From positions 1 to 64,000 of IMG/VR virus record IMGVR_UViG_3300043427_001127: 64,000 nt of DNA; one strand, given 5' to 3'. Position 1 is the stretch's first letter. Each line of letters begins with the position of its first letter. The stretch is from a virus. Shown piece by piece: positions 56,301 to 64,000 of this stretch. The position numbers were made by a program, and so were the translations under genes. The notes under the pieces were generated by a model. It worked only from the letters and a program-made list of their open reading frames with translations. It made no database searches and had not been told where the DNA came from.

Positions 56301-58713
56301 GATTACTAGTGCAGTAACATTTTCTGATAGTGTTGATGGTATTAACTATGTTATTCAAGAAATTGAAAACTACAGTGATGGTCCATCAGCTACATTTAAA
56401 GTTCTTGACGTAACAAGAACAGCAAGTTTAGAAAATACTGTAGTAACTATTCCTATTGCCAAAACTGGAACATTTCCAACTGGTGTTAATAGACCCGCTG
56501 AAACACATGTAGGTGGAACTGATATTACACTGTATAGTTTATTGACAGGAACAAATAATCAAGTTCTTATTGATAATCCTGGTCAGTTATTAACTTCAAC
56601 TTCAGCAACTAACATTAATATTTTAAATCCAGAAAGAGTAACAGCAGCTCTTGCTACATACAATACTGCATCAACAACTCTTTATCTACTAGTAGGTAAT
56701 GAGTTAATGCTACCAACAGCAGTTGTAGATGATCAGTTTAATAGCTATGTAACTGTTGTAAGAGCACAAGAGGGAACTATTGCCCAAGAGCACGCCGACC
56801 AAGACTCACCAAACTTTCCACAAAACGCTGTAGTTAGATTTGTAGTTAAATACACTCCAGTAACTACATTAAGACAAGACTCAACAAATCTTTCTAACGT
56901 TCTTTCATACAGTTCTTTAACTGGAAATGGTGGTCTTCCTGTATTCTCATTCACAGACCAAGAAGGAGTAGCAACGAAAACAATTAATGAAAATGATTTT
57001 ATTAAGATCGACAATGAGTTTTTCAGAGTAGATCTGAAGACTTCAACTAATCCTGGAACCGCAATCTTAACATTCTTCCCCGTTAAGTCTGTGTCGGAAG
57101 GAAGTGGCAATCGTCTTCAGATTCGTTATCGTTACAGTCAGATTCGTCTAACTGGTCACGACATGCTTGAGATTGGCACTGGTGGTATTGCTACAACCAA
57201 CTTCCCAGATGAACCTACTATCAGACCAGATGAAACCAAAGAAACCAACTTCATCGCTCCAGCTAGAATTTATTATGTAACTACCAACCAAGATGGTAAC
57301 TTCAAGGTAGGACAGTTCTTCAAGATTGACCAGGCAACTGGTAGATCTACAATCGATGCATCCGCTTTTGACTTGACTGGACTATCAAACCTACAGTTTG
57401 CTTTAGCCGATGGAACTAAGGTTGGCGTTGAAGTCACCAAGTTTGATGCTGATGCCACTTTAGGTGGTTCTGAAAGTAGCGATTCTTTCGTTCCCACGCA
57501 AAAAGCAGTTAAAACATATGTTGACAGTAACTTTATTAGTTCAAACCAAGATATTACAGTTGGTTCTGAAGCCGTAAATAAAAACTTAACAGTAAATGGA
57601 AACAGTACTGTTAGTGGTGATATGATTATTGGTGGAAGTTTACAAGTTAGCGGAACGACAACCAGTATCAACACCACTGAACTAATCGTGGAAGATGTAA
57701 ACGTCATTCTTGCTGGTGGAAACGTCACTGGTGATTCTGCTATTCAGGGTGCTGGTTTGACTATCAAAGGAACCACAGATAAAACTATATCATATGATGG
57801 TTCTTCAACTACTGGTAGATTTAATATTAGTGAAAACCTTTTACTTGCTCCTGGAAAATATATTGCTTCGAAACCAGCAGCTACCGATGGAACAGGTGCT
57901 CTAGCAACTGAAGAAATCATGATCGATACTAATGTCAGTGGTTCCACTGGTATTGGTTTAGTATTCCCAACCATTTCCCAGTTGGATATCGGCAACGCAT
58001 CAACTGCTTTAACTATCGGTGCTACAACAGGAACGACTACAGTAAGAAATAGTTTGATTGTCCCTGCTGGTACTACCACATTAGCTCCTCTTAGATTCAC
58101 ACCAACAGCAGCAGCACTATTAACACTTCCACTTCAAGGTGGTTTTGAATATAACCAGATTGCTTTCTATGCTTCTGCGACTACTGAAGGTGGAAGAGGT
58201 ATTATCCTCGCGCCACAAATCTTAAGAGCTGCTGCTGACTTCGCTCAGACTGGAACCACAAACACAGTCAGAAACGTATTCTCAGGAACAACTCAGGATG
58301 CCGCTCCATTAAGAGCAAATACATTATACAGATTTAGAGGTTGTTATTATTTTGCTAAATCAACTACCACAAGTGGTACTTGGAACCTGCTGTTTACATT
58401 CTCAAATGCTCCAACCAACTTTAGATATAACTCAATAGGAGCAAATGGACCTTCTACAACTGCATTGTTCTTCCAAAATACAACTGCAACTGGATCAACT
58501 GCTGTTACTCAAGCAGTAACTGTCACAACTGATTGTGCGATAAGATTTGAAGGTTACTTCGTATCAAACGCAACAACTGGCGGAACATTAACTCCTCAGT
58601 TTAACAAGAGTGATACTGCTAACGCAACTGTAAATACTCGCACCAACTCATACTTTGAGATTCAAGCTATGGGTCCAGCTAACCCATCGATTATTGCTGG
58701 TACTTGGAGTTGA
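53398..58713 (+). CDS. Tail fibre/tailspike protein with N-terminal W-x-Y carbohydrate-binding-like repeats (1771 aa)
   Basis: MAEFRLGRLKFNW.G.W; six W.....Y..nD.V..gG..Y.C...H repeats; beta-helix-like core; fibre C-terminus. Confidence 0.8.
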   Translation: MAEFRLGRLKFNWTGEWQPNRAYVLDDIISFRGNTYVCVVNHTSTGSVEQWEDVDLNASTPRWELYVPGIRNAGSWQPNTFYAKNDLVRYGGNIYICKDNHTSPSDQNLFYLTNFAGNWDLFYNGTENKGTWQQNTWYKVNDLVKYGNNIYLCNLGHTSTTAFDITKFTLYLESVKFEDSWDSSTEYQPGDIVLFGGYSYTAKTINTDKQPNNYVSTDWEVISIGFDSKGVYNPATIYVPGDVVRFGGNTFVKMLTSVAGIAPNESGDGALKWSLISEGLSYKGDWDDQTTYQKNDVITLASSTYVSIAYNNLGRDPGTNDADGFWSVVARGDEESTITTKGDLLYRANATNARLPIGDPGQILYATENGIPGWGNAKTRKVYFVNLDGVDDFSDGYGGSIGRAFRTVKYATQIAAQEGCDEQNPATIYVKAGVYDEECPITVPPYCSVVGDDSRGTIIEPGPGLSKIQRLIIDSTCLLKPGDTLTVDTLAGATRTARVLHFADTDATPVGSGESNRKKMVYVETIAGGPIIDTDTFLNGTDLGTAPEVNIISVENLNNTKATLFFLSEGVMLKDLVFNNPDPDAGFVMPDTTGLTIEEEITNKLADITQCQVGFVFWRINPFLVSQNIIKSPYIYSCAAYSFKGVGAIVDGSVNEGKDHPSHFASGHQSLLFGNVTQFPEMGVAIWCKDNGNSEIVSCFTYYAHIGYACSGGARMRSLGGNNSWGNYGCSARGFDPTEIPLEATIRGTELNFYNDATTAVATATVNGNLVLGTIAQSGKINGDFQVGSIISNEGSANNTSITGVVGNGTTATVSFATKPFNPYVVGKQITISGVSNSAFNGTFTVTGIVGTDGVITGVQFASTTTATLGAGGTVRPALGKARVLYVLAGNDYTKVLIEPITGFIGDGQRCAQITGSDPNNPPPVNIPEASTVIENSEFPSTSPSESAANRATRGAKFAVINLPEKPKITSAVTFSDSVDGINYVIQEIENYSDGPSATFKVLDVTRTASLENTVVTIPIAKTGTFPTGVNRPAETHVGGTDITLYSLLTGTNNQVLIDNPGQLLTSTSATNINILNPERVTAALATYNTASTTLYLLVGNELMLPTAVVDDQFNSYVTVVRAQEGTIAQEHADQDSPNFPQNAVVRFVVKYTPVTTLRQDSTNLSNVLSYSSLTGNGGLPVFSFTDQEGVATKTINENDFIKIDNEFFRVDLKTSTNPGTAILTFFPVKSVSEGSGNRLQIRYRYSQIRLTGHDMLEIGTGGIATTNFPDEPTIRPDETKETNFIAPARIYYVTTNQDGNFKVGQFFKIDQATGRSTIDASAFDLTGLSNLQFALADGTKVGVEVTKFDADATLGGSESSDSFVPTQKAVKTYVDSNFISSNQDITVGSEAVNKNLTVNGNSTVSGDMIIGGSLQVSGTTTSINTTELIVEDVNVILAGGNVTGDSAIQGAGLTIKGTTDKTISYDGSSTTGRFNISENLLLAPGKYIASKPAATDGTGALATEEIMIDTNVSGSTGIGLVFPTISQLDIGNASTALTIGATTGTTTVRNSLIVPAGTTTLAPLRFTPTAAALLTLPLQGGFEYNQIAFYASATTEGGRGIILAPQILRAAADFAQTGTTNTVRNVFSGTTQDAAPLRANTLYRFRGCYYFAKSTTTSGTWNLLFTFSNAPTNFRYNSIGANGPSTTALFFQNTTATGSTAVTQAVTVTTDCAIRFEGYFVSNATTGGTLTPQFNKSDTANATVNTRTNSYFEIQAMGPANPSIIAGTWS

Positions 58714-58731
58714 TAAATAAATAACATGATT

Positions 58732-58766
58732 TATAAATACCTCTAGGAAACTAGAGGTATTTTTTT
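58732..58766 (+). terminator. Terminator hairpin overlapping late promoter TATAAATA (58732-58739) and the g13 RBS
   Basis: AAATACCTCTAG-gaaa-CTAGAGGTATTT + TTTT, then ATG 58767. Confidence 0.85.
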
Positions 58767-59591
58767 ATGGCTAAACCAGCCACAAGAGAAGAGTTAAAAG
58801 AGTATTGCCTCAGAAAACTTGGTGCTCCTATATTAGAAATCAACGTAGATGATGATCAACTAGAAGATCTAATCGATGATGCTTTGCAGTATTTTAATGA
58901 ACGTCATTTTGACGGCATGGAAAAACTTTATCTAAAACATAAGTTTACTGCAGAAGAACTGGAAAGATTTAGAGAAGGCAATACTATTCACACATCAGAA
59001 GATGGCAGTGAGTGGGAAGAGAGAAATAACTATATTGAACTTCCAGATCATATCATTGGAATCGAGAGAGTATTTTCTTTATCAATGACAGCTCTTCGTT
59101 CTGACTTTTTTGGTTTTGGAAACCAATATTTTCTAATGGACATGTTTTCTTTGAACTCTGGATATTCTCTGGGTAATGTTGACCTAGTTAACTATTACAT
59201 GTTTAAACAATATTTTGAAACTTTGGACATGGTTTTAAACAGTGGGGCGATTATTCAATGTCGTTTCACAAAAAGAAACGGAAAACTTTTTATTGATTAC
59301 AATCCAAAAGTTTTACAAGAAGATAACTATTTCATTGTTGAATGTCATCGTCTTTTAAATCCAACTGATTCTCCAAAGATATGGAATGATTGGTTTTTGA
59401 AAAGATATGTCACTGCACTATTCAAGAAACAGTGGGGGCAAAATCTAATCAAGTTTAACAATGTTCAACTTCCTGGTGGCGTTCAAATCAACGGTCGTCA
59501 AATTTTTGAAGATGCTATCAGAGAAATAGATGAAATCGAATCTAAGATGATTAGCGACTACGAACTTCCACCTCTCGATGCAATAGGATAA
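58767..59591 (+). CDS. g13: Neck protein gp13
   Basis: ELKEYCLRKLGAPILEINVDDDQ...HFDG...KQWGQNLIKF..VQLPGG. Confidence 0.95.
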   Translation: MAKPATREELKEYCLRKLGAPILEINVDDDQLEDLIDDALQYFNERHFDGMEKLYLKHKFTAEELERFREGNTIHTSEDGSEWEERNNYIELPDHIIGIERVFSLSMTALRSDFFGFGNQYFLMDMFSLNSGYSLGNVDLVNYYMFKQYFETLDMVLNSGAIIQCRFTKRNGKLFIDYNPKVLQEDNYFIVECHRLLNPTDSPKIWNDWFLKRYVTALFKKQWGQNLIKFNNVQLPGGVQINGRQIFEDAIREIDEIESKMISDYELPPLDAIG

Positions 59592-59592
59592 T

Positions 59593-60492
59593 ATGTCTAA
59601 GAGCGTATATTTTCCACAATACGGTGGTGTAAATACCGAACAGAATCTGGTACAAGATTTGGTAGACGAACAAATACACCTGTTTGGTATGGATATTTTT
59701 TATGTTCCAAAAGAAATGTTGATTGATAGATCACTTAATGATGTTATTTTAAATGAGTTTAAAGAAGCTCATCTGATAGAAATGATGCTAATCAATGTAG
59801 AAGGTTTTGGTGGATCTGGTGCTGTTGCCATGAGCAAGTTTGGATTGAAACTTTCGGATGAAGTTACATTTGCTGTATCAAAAAGAAAGTGGTCTCTTAA
59901 ACCAGATTTAATGAGTTCCACCAGTGTTCCTGGTAGACCTAATGAAGGTGATTTATTGTATGTTCCAATGACTAAAAACATCTATGAAATCAAGTTTGTA
60001 GAAAGAGAAGTTCCTTTTTATCAGTTAGGTAAAAACTATATCTTTGCCCTAACTTGTGAGTTGTTAGAAAATGCCGACAACATGTTTGATACTGGCAACC
60101 CAGAAATAGATGATCCAAAAAAAGAAAACTATGTATTTCCAGTTTATTTAAAAACTGGTGGTGTTGGCAACTACACGATTGGCGAAGAAGTTGAACAAAC
60201 ATACATAGTAGATGGTACTGCTGTTATGGTAAAAGCAACAGTTGCTGCATGGAATGCGCCATCTAGAAAACTAGATTTAACTTATGTTAATGGTGTGTTC
60301 AGACAAAATGAAGAACTCATAGGAGTAGATAGTGGTGCATCTTGGGAAGTAGATACATTCTCTACGATTGATTTTGAGATTGATGATTTTGATAATGCAC
60401 AGAATAAATATTACGAAGACAAAGCCGATGAGATTCTTGACTTTAGTGAAGGAAATCCATTTGGTGAATTTGGAGATATGGGAGTATTCTAA
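59593..60492 (+). CDS. g14: Neck protein gp14
   Basis: EQNLVQDLVDEQI..FG; SKFGL; RPNEGDLLY.P; FYQLGK; DFSEGNPFG. Confidence 0.95.
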   Translation: MSKSVYFPQYGGVNTEQNLVQDLVDEQIHLFGMDIFYVPKEMLIDRSLNDVILNEFKEAHLIEMMLINVEGFGGSGAVAMSKFGLKLSDEVTFAVSKRKWSLKPDLMSSTSVPGRPNEGDLLYVPMTKNIYEIKFVEREVPFYQLGKNYIFALTCELLENADNMFDTGNPEIDDPKKENYVFPVYLKTGGVGNYTIGEEVEQTYIVDGTAVMVKATVAAWNAPSRKLDLTYVNGVFRQNEELIGVDSGASWEVDTFSTIDFEIDDFDNAQNKYYEDKADEILDFSEGNPFGEFGDMGVF

Positions 60493-61289
60493 TGTTAGGT
60501 CAGTATTATTATCACGAGATTATAAAGAAAAACGTCAAAGCATTTGGCACACTTTTTAATAATATTCAAATTGTTAAACGTGATCCAGATACAGGAGAAG
60601 TTATACGTCAAGAAAAAGTTCCTCTCGCGTATGGTCCTAAGAGTAAGTTTCTAGCTCGTTTAGAACAGGATCCAAACACAGAAAGAAAAGTCAGCGTTAC
60701 TATGCCTCGCATCTCATTTGAGATGACTGACATTACATATGACGCCCAAAGAAAAACTTCACCTATTCAAAAATATAAAGTAAATGATGATGGAGAGAAT
60801 GTAAAAGTTCAGTTTATGCCTGTTCCATATAATCTTCGTTTTGAACTAGGTATTCTATCAAAAACTCAGGATGATGCTCTACAGATTCTAGAGCAGATTC
60901 TACCATTTTTTCAACCATCATTCAACGTTACTGTTATGATGATTCCAGAAATGGAAGAGAAAAAAGATTTACCAGTTATTTTAAATGGCATTTCATATGA
61001 AGATGACTATGAAGATGATATGATGAGAAGAAGAAGTATAACATATACTTTAGATTTCACATTAAAAACTTACATGTACGGTCCAGTTACTGATGCCGCT
61101 ATCATCAGAAAAGCAACGGTATTTGAAAGTCTCGGTGATTACCAAGAGCATAGAAGGATTCTTCGTTATGACGTGGAAGCGTCAGCACTAGAAGATAAAA
61201 ATAATGATGGTGTTGTTGATAACTTAGATGATCAACTATTAATGCCAGACGATGACTTTGGATTTAATGAAGGTATTGAACTACTATGA
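60492..61289 (+). CDS. g15: Tail sheath stabiliser/terminator gp15
   Basis: FGTLFNNI..KVPLAYGPK.KFLARL; PVPYN; QILEQILPFFQP. Confidence 0.95.
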   Translation: MLGQYYYHEIIKKNVKAFGTLFNNIQIVKRDPDTGEVIRQEKVPLAYGPKSKFLARLEQDPNTERKVSVTMPRISFEMTDITYDAQRKTSPIQKYKVNDDGENVKVQFMPVPYNLRFELGILSKTQDDALQILEQILPFFQPSFNVTVMMIPEMEEKKDLPVILNGISYEDDYEDDMMRRRSITYTLDFTLKTYMYGPVTDAAIIRKATVFESLGDYQEHRRILRYDVEASALEDKNNDGVVDNLDDQLLMPDDDFGFNEGIELL

Positions 61290-61693
61290 GCAAGTTTGAA
61301 GATAACATGGAAGAGATTTTTGATATAGCACCGATTGAACAAACAACTGAAATGATTACACAAGCAAACAGTGAAGTCAGTGTTGATGCCAACAAGGATT
61401 ATGAATACACCAGGGGTGAGCTGTATAGACTCATATCACAGGGTCAGGAGGCGGTGCAAGGTGCCTTAGAGGTCGCGCAGGAGTCGGGGCACCCTAGAGC
61501 GTATGAGGTCGCTGTGAACGCTATGAAGCAGGTCTCAGACATGACTGATAAGTTGATCGACCTCCAACACAAGATGAAAAATCTAGGTAAAGAAGATAAA
61601 AAATCAACACCAACCACAGTCAATAACACAATGTTTATTGGCACCACGGCAGATCTTCAAAAGATGATTAAAGATGCTGCCAAGAATAAATAG
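61286..61693 (+). CDS. g16: Terminase small subunit gp16
   Basis: DYEYTRG.LY.LI..GQEA...AQES.HPRAYEV...FIGTTADLQKM. Confidence 0.93.
   Translation: MSKFEDNMEEIFDIAPIEQTTEMITQANSEVSVDANKDYEYTRGELYRLISQGQEAVQGALEVAQESGHPRAYEVAVNAMKQVSDMTDKLIDLQHKMKNLGKEDKKSTPTTVNNTMFIGTTADLQKMIKDAAKNK
61685..61692 (+). promoter_or_regulatory. Late promoter variant AATAAATA
   Basis: At the g16 stop, upstream of ORF 61713. Confidence 0.55.
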
Positions 61694-61712
61694 AAAATAA
61701 ACGGTAAATAAG

Positions 61713-61991
61713 ATGAGGATTAAGATTCTTGCTGAAGCGGAAACGCTTACAACAACTCCAAGTGATATTAGTAAAGCAACCGATGTGTATCTTTACAACA
61801 CACATTCAGATTTAACCGCAGAAGCTTCAACCAGAACAGTTTCTCTATATGAATCAGATGGCACTACGGTGGTTGGTAGTTTTGCTTTAACTGTTGGCAT
61901 TCCTGTTATTATTAATAAAGATGCTGCTCAAAAGATTAAAGTTGACAGCACTGATAATGTCTCAGCTACTAAAGTTGCGTACCTAGGATAA
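61713..61991 (+). CDS. Hypothetical (likely virion) protein
   Basis: ORF track; TAATG coupling to the next gene. Confidence 0.7.
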   Translation: MRIKILAEAETLTTTPSDISKATDVYLYNTHSDLTAEASTRTVSLYESDGTTVVGSFALTVGIPVIINKDAAQKIKVDSTDNVSATKVAYLG

Positions 61992-63385
61992 TGGCACAGT
62001 ATAGTAAGCATTACGAAGATTTTCTACCACAGGAAAAAACAAATTTTGAAGTAGTTATGCTTGCCGATAACTTCGGCAATCTTACTGCTGGTACTGGTTC
62101 TACAGCTTCCGATGCTTTCGGTAGATCGAGGACTTCTAGTTTATTTACTCTCGGTGATTACAAGCACATCTATGCTGTTGATCCAAACTTCTTAGATAAG
62201 TTGGAGAATGGTGGCACTATTACGTTCCCAACAAATCAAGCAATGGGAACATTGGCAACATCTTCAAACCCTGCTTCTCGTGCTGTTCATCAATCAAAAT
62301 TTTACCACCATTATCAGCCAGGTAAATCTCAACTGATTTTTAGTTCCATTACTTTCGGTTACGCTCAGCAGAATGTAACTAAAAGAACTGGATACTTTGA
62401 TGACAGAGATGGTATCTACTTTGAGCAAGTTGGTGGTCCTACTTCTAACGGCACAGATAATGGCACACTAAACTTCGTGATTCGTTCTTATGTTAGTGGT
62501 AGTGTTAGTGAAGCGAATGTAGGGGATTACAAGAGAAGAGTTCCACAATCAGAATGGAACATTGATCCTTGTGATGGAACTGGTCCTTCCAAGTTTAATA
62601 TCAATACTTCAAAAACTCAACTCATTTATATTGACTTTCAGTGGCTTGGAGTTGGTAGGGTTCGTTGTGGATTTGTTCATAATGGACAAATTGTTTTGGC
62701 ACACGAATATTACCACTCAAACGTACTTGACGAAGTTTATATTTCAAGTCCCAATCTACCTGTAAGATGTGAGATTAAAAATACTGGATCTACATCAGGT
62801 GGTTCAATGAAGCAAGTTTGTGCCACTGTAATGTCTGAAGGTGGATATATTGAAAGTGGTATTGACTGGTCAACAAACTCTGGTTCTGCTAGAACTACAT
62901 CTACTACTGCTGGAACAAGATTACCTCTTTTGGCAATCCGTTTAAAAAATACTTTCCAAGGTTATCCAAATAGAATCACAGTAAGACCAAACAATATTAG
63001 CATGTATGTGTCTACTAGTGATGTTTATTATGAGTTAATTAAAGTACCTAATGTTTCTGCGTTGGCAACAACAGATGTTGGTGGTCTTGTATGGACTCCT
63101 GTTGATGATAGTAGCGGTGTTGAGTATTGTAGAAATGCCACGTCATTTGCTGTTGGAGCTAACTTAGATGTCTTTGCTTCTGGTATTGTTGTAGCAGGAA
63201 ACTCACAAAACTCATTATCCCCAGTTAATTCTGGTGAACTTACATCAGCAAAGAAAAATACTATTGTTCAAAATTTTGATTCAACTGATTCAGAGATATT
63301 CATTGTATCTATACGAACAATTGTTTCTACTGGCAATAACACTGCTAGTGCTGCTGCTACTCTACAATGGAGGGAGATTTACTAA
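61991..63385 (+). CDS. Virion structural protein, compact paralogue of the 43689 protein core
   Basis: [28 protein letters not shown] and IDFQWLGVG motifs. Confidence 0.75.
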   Translation: MAQYSKHYEDFLPQEKTNFEVVMLADNFGNLTAGTGSTASDAFGRSRTSSLFTLGDYKHIYAVDPNFLDKLENGGTITFPTNQAMGTLATSSNPASRAVHQSKFYHHYQPGKSQLIFSSITFGYAQQNVTKRTGYFDDRDGIYFEQVGGPTSNGTDNGTLNFVIRSYVSGSVSEANVGDYKRRVPQSEWNIDPCDGTGPSKFNINTSKTQLIYIDFQWLGVGRVRCGFVHNGQIVLAHEYYHSNVLDEVYISSPNLPVRCEIKNTGSTSGGSMKQVCATVMSEGGYIESGIDWSTNSGSARTTSTTAGTRLPLLAIRLKNTFQGYPNRITVRPNNISMYVSTSDVYYELIKVPNVSALATTDVGGLVWTPVDDSSGVEYCRNATSFAVGANLDVFASGIVVAGNSQNSLSPVNSGELTSAKKNTIVQNFDSTDSEIFIVSIRTIVSTGNNTASAAATLQWREIY

Positions 63386-64000
63386 TGAAAAAGAAAGTTC
63401 CTACAGAAAAAAAAATCGCTAAGAAGCATGGCGTGTCTGTTGAAACTATTATCAAACAGGCAGAAGTTGGTTCAACTGTAGAACGCGAGCATGTGACTAC
63501 CCACGAGGAAGCATATGGTATTGCACTTCAGCATTTAGATGAGTTCCCAGATTACTATACTCACTTACTTAAGATGGAAAAAGAACTAAAGGCACAACAC
63601 AAAAAGAAAAGAACCGTTAAGGAGATGCGAGAGATTTGCGAAAATCATATCGCTATCGCTATGGGTAAAGAGATGGATGATGAAGGTAACATGATTCTAT
63701 CTCAACTAGATCAACTTGAGATGCATTGCAAGAGACTTAGAGAAGTTATCAAGTCTCCAACCATGCAAGTCCCAGCATGGGTTCAATCTAAGGTGACTCT
63801 TGCTACAGACTACATGGATGCAGCTGCAAACTATATGTCCAGCAAGAATGAGGAAACTGAAAAAAAGTCTCTAGGCGAGTCGGCATGGACTCGCAAGGAA
63901 GGTCAAAATAAAAACGGTGGACTCAACGAGAAAGGACGTAAATCCTATGAACGTGAGAATCCTGGAAGCGACCTTAAAGCACCTTCAAAGAAGGTTGGAA
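63385..64000 (+). CDS. Partial multi-domain hypothetical protein (DUF5661-like + DUF6321-like), truncated by window end
   Basis: Read manually from ATG 63385: MKKKVPTEKKIAKKHGV...VEREH...IALQHLDEFPDYYTHL.KME...AWVQSKVTLA.DY...AWTRKEGQNKNGGLNEKGRKSYERENPGSDLK; open to the window end. Confidence 0.7.
   Translation, partial: MKKKVPTEKKIAKKHGVSVETIIKQAEVGSTVEREHVTTHEEAYGIALQHLDEFPDYYTHLLKMEKELKAQHKKKRTVKEMREICENHIAIAMGKEMDDEGNMILSQLDQLEMHCKRLREVIKSPTMQVPAWVQSKVTLATDYMDAAANYMSSKNEETEKKSLGESAWTRKEGQNKNGGLNEKGRKSYERENPGSDLKAPSKKVG

Noticed and set aside
43471-58713. Diversity-generating retroelement suggested by Mtd_N-like domains
   Set aside because: No reverse transcriptase and no near-identical TR/VR pair with adenine-specific mismatches was seen; Mtd_N is only an attachment domain. 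An element outside the window cannot be excluded.
5711-61647. Numerous short minus-strand ORFs inside structural genes
   Set aside because: Shadow ORFs; all late promoters and terminators point in the + direction.

Overview
The window comes from a T4-like cyanomyovirus (Kyanoviridae-type) genome, and essentially all genes are on the + strand. Positions 1-~960 are the end of a GC/C-rich early region: micro-ORFs each preceded by a repeated promoter-like element, followed by an orphan HicA-like gene. A sharp GC-to-AT boundary with stacked hairpins (~909-1051) follows. Positions ~1-5 kb hold small hypothetical genes, including an AbrB-like and a PAAR gene. The late structural module comes next: gp25, gp6, giant gp7, gp8, a VrlC/DUF4815-like protein, a ~32 kb cluster of fibre/appendage genes, then gp13, gp14, gp15 and gp16, with T4 late promoters (TATAAATA). 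The most striking candidate novel system is at 33.2-43.4 kb. A strongly expressed 359-aa structural gene has its own late promoter, a GGAGG RBS and a terminator. It is followed by an apparently promoterless 3006-aa protein built of 20/21-aa repeats. This layout suggests a polymeric fibre made of a major subunit plus a ruler/scaffold. All family assignments are by motif recognition only; no searches were run.
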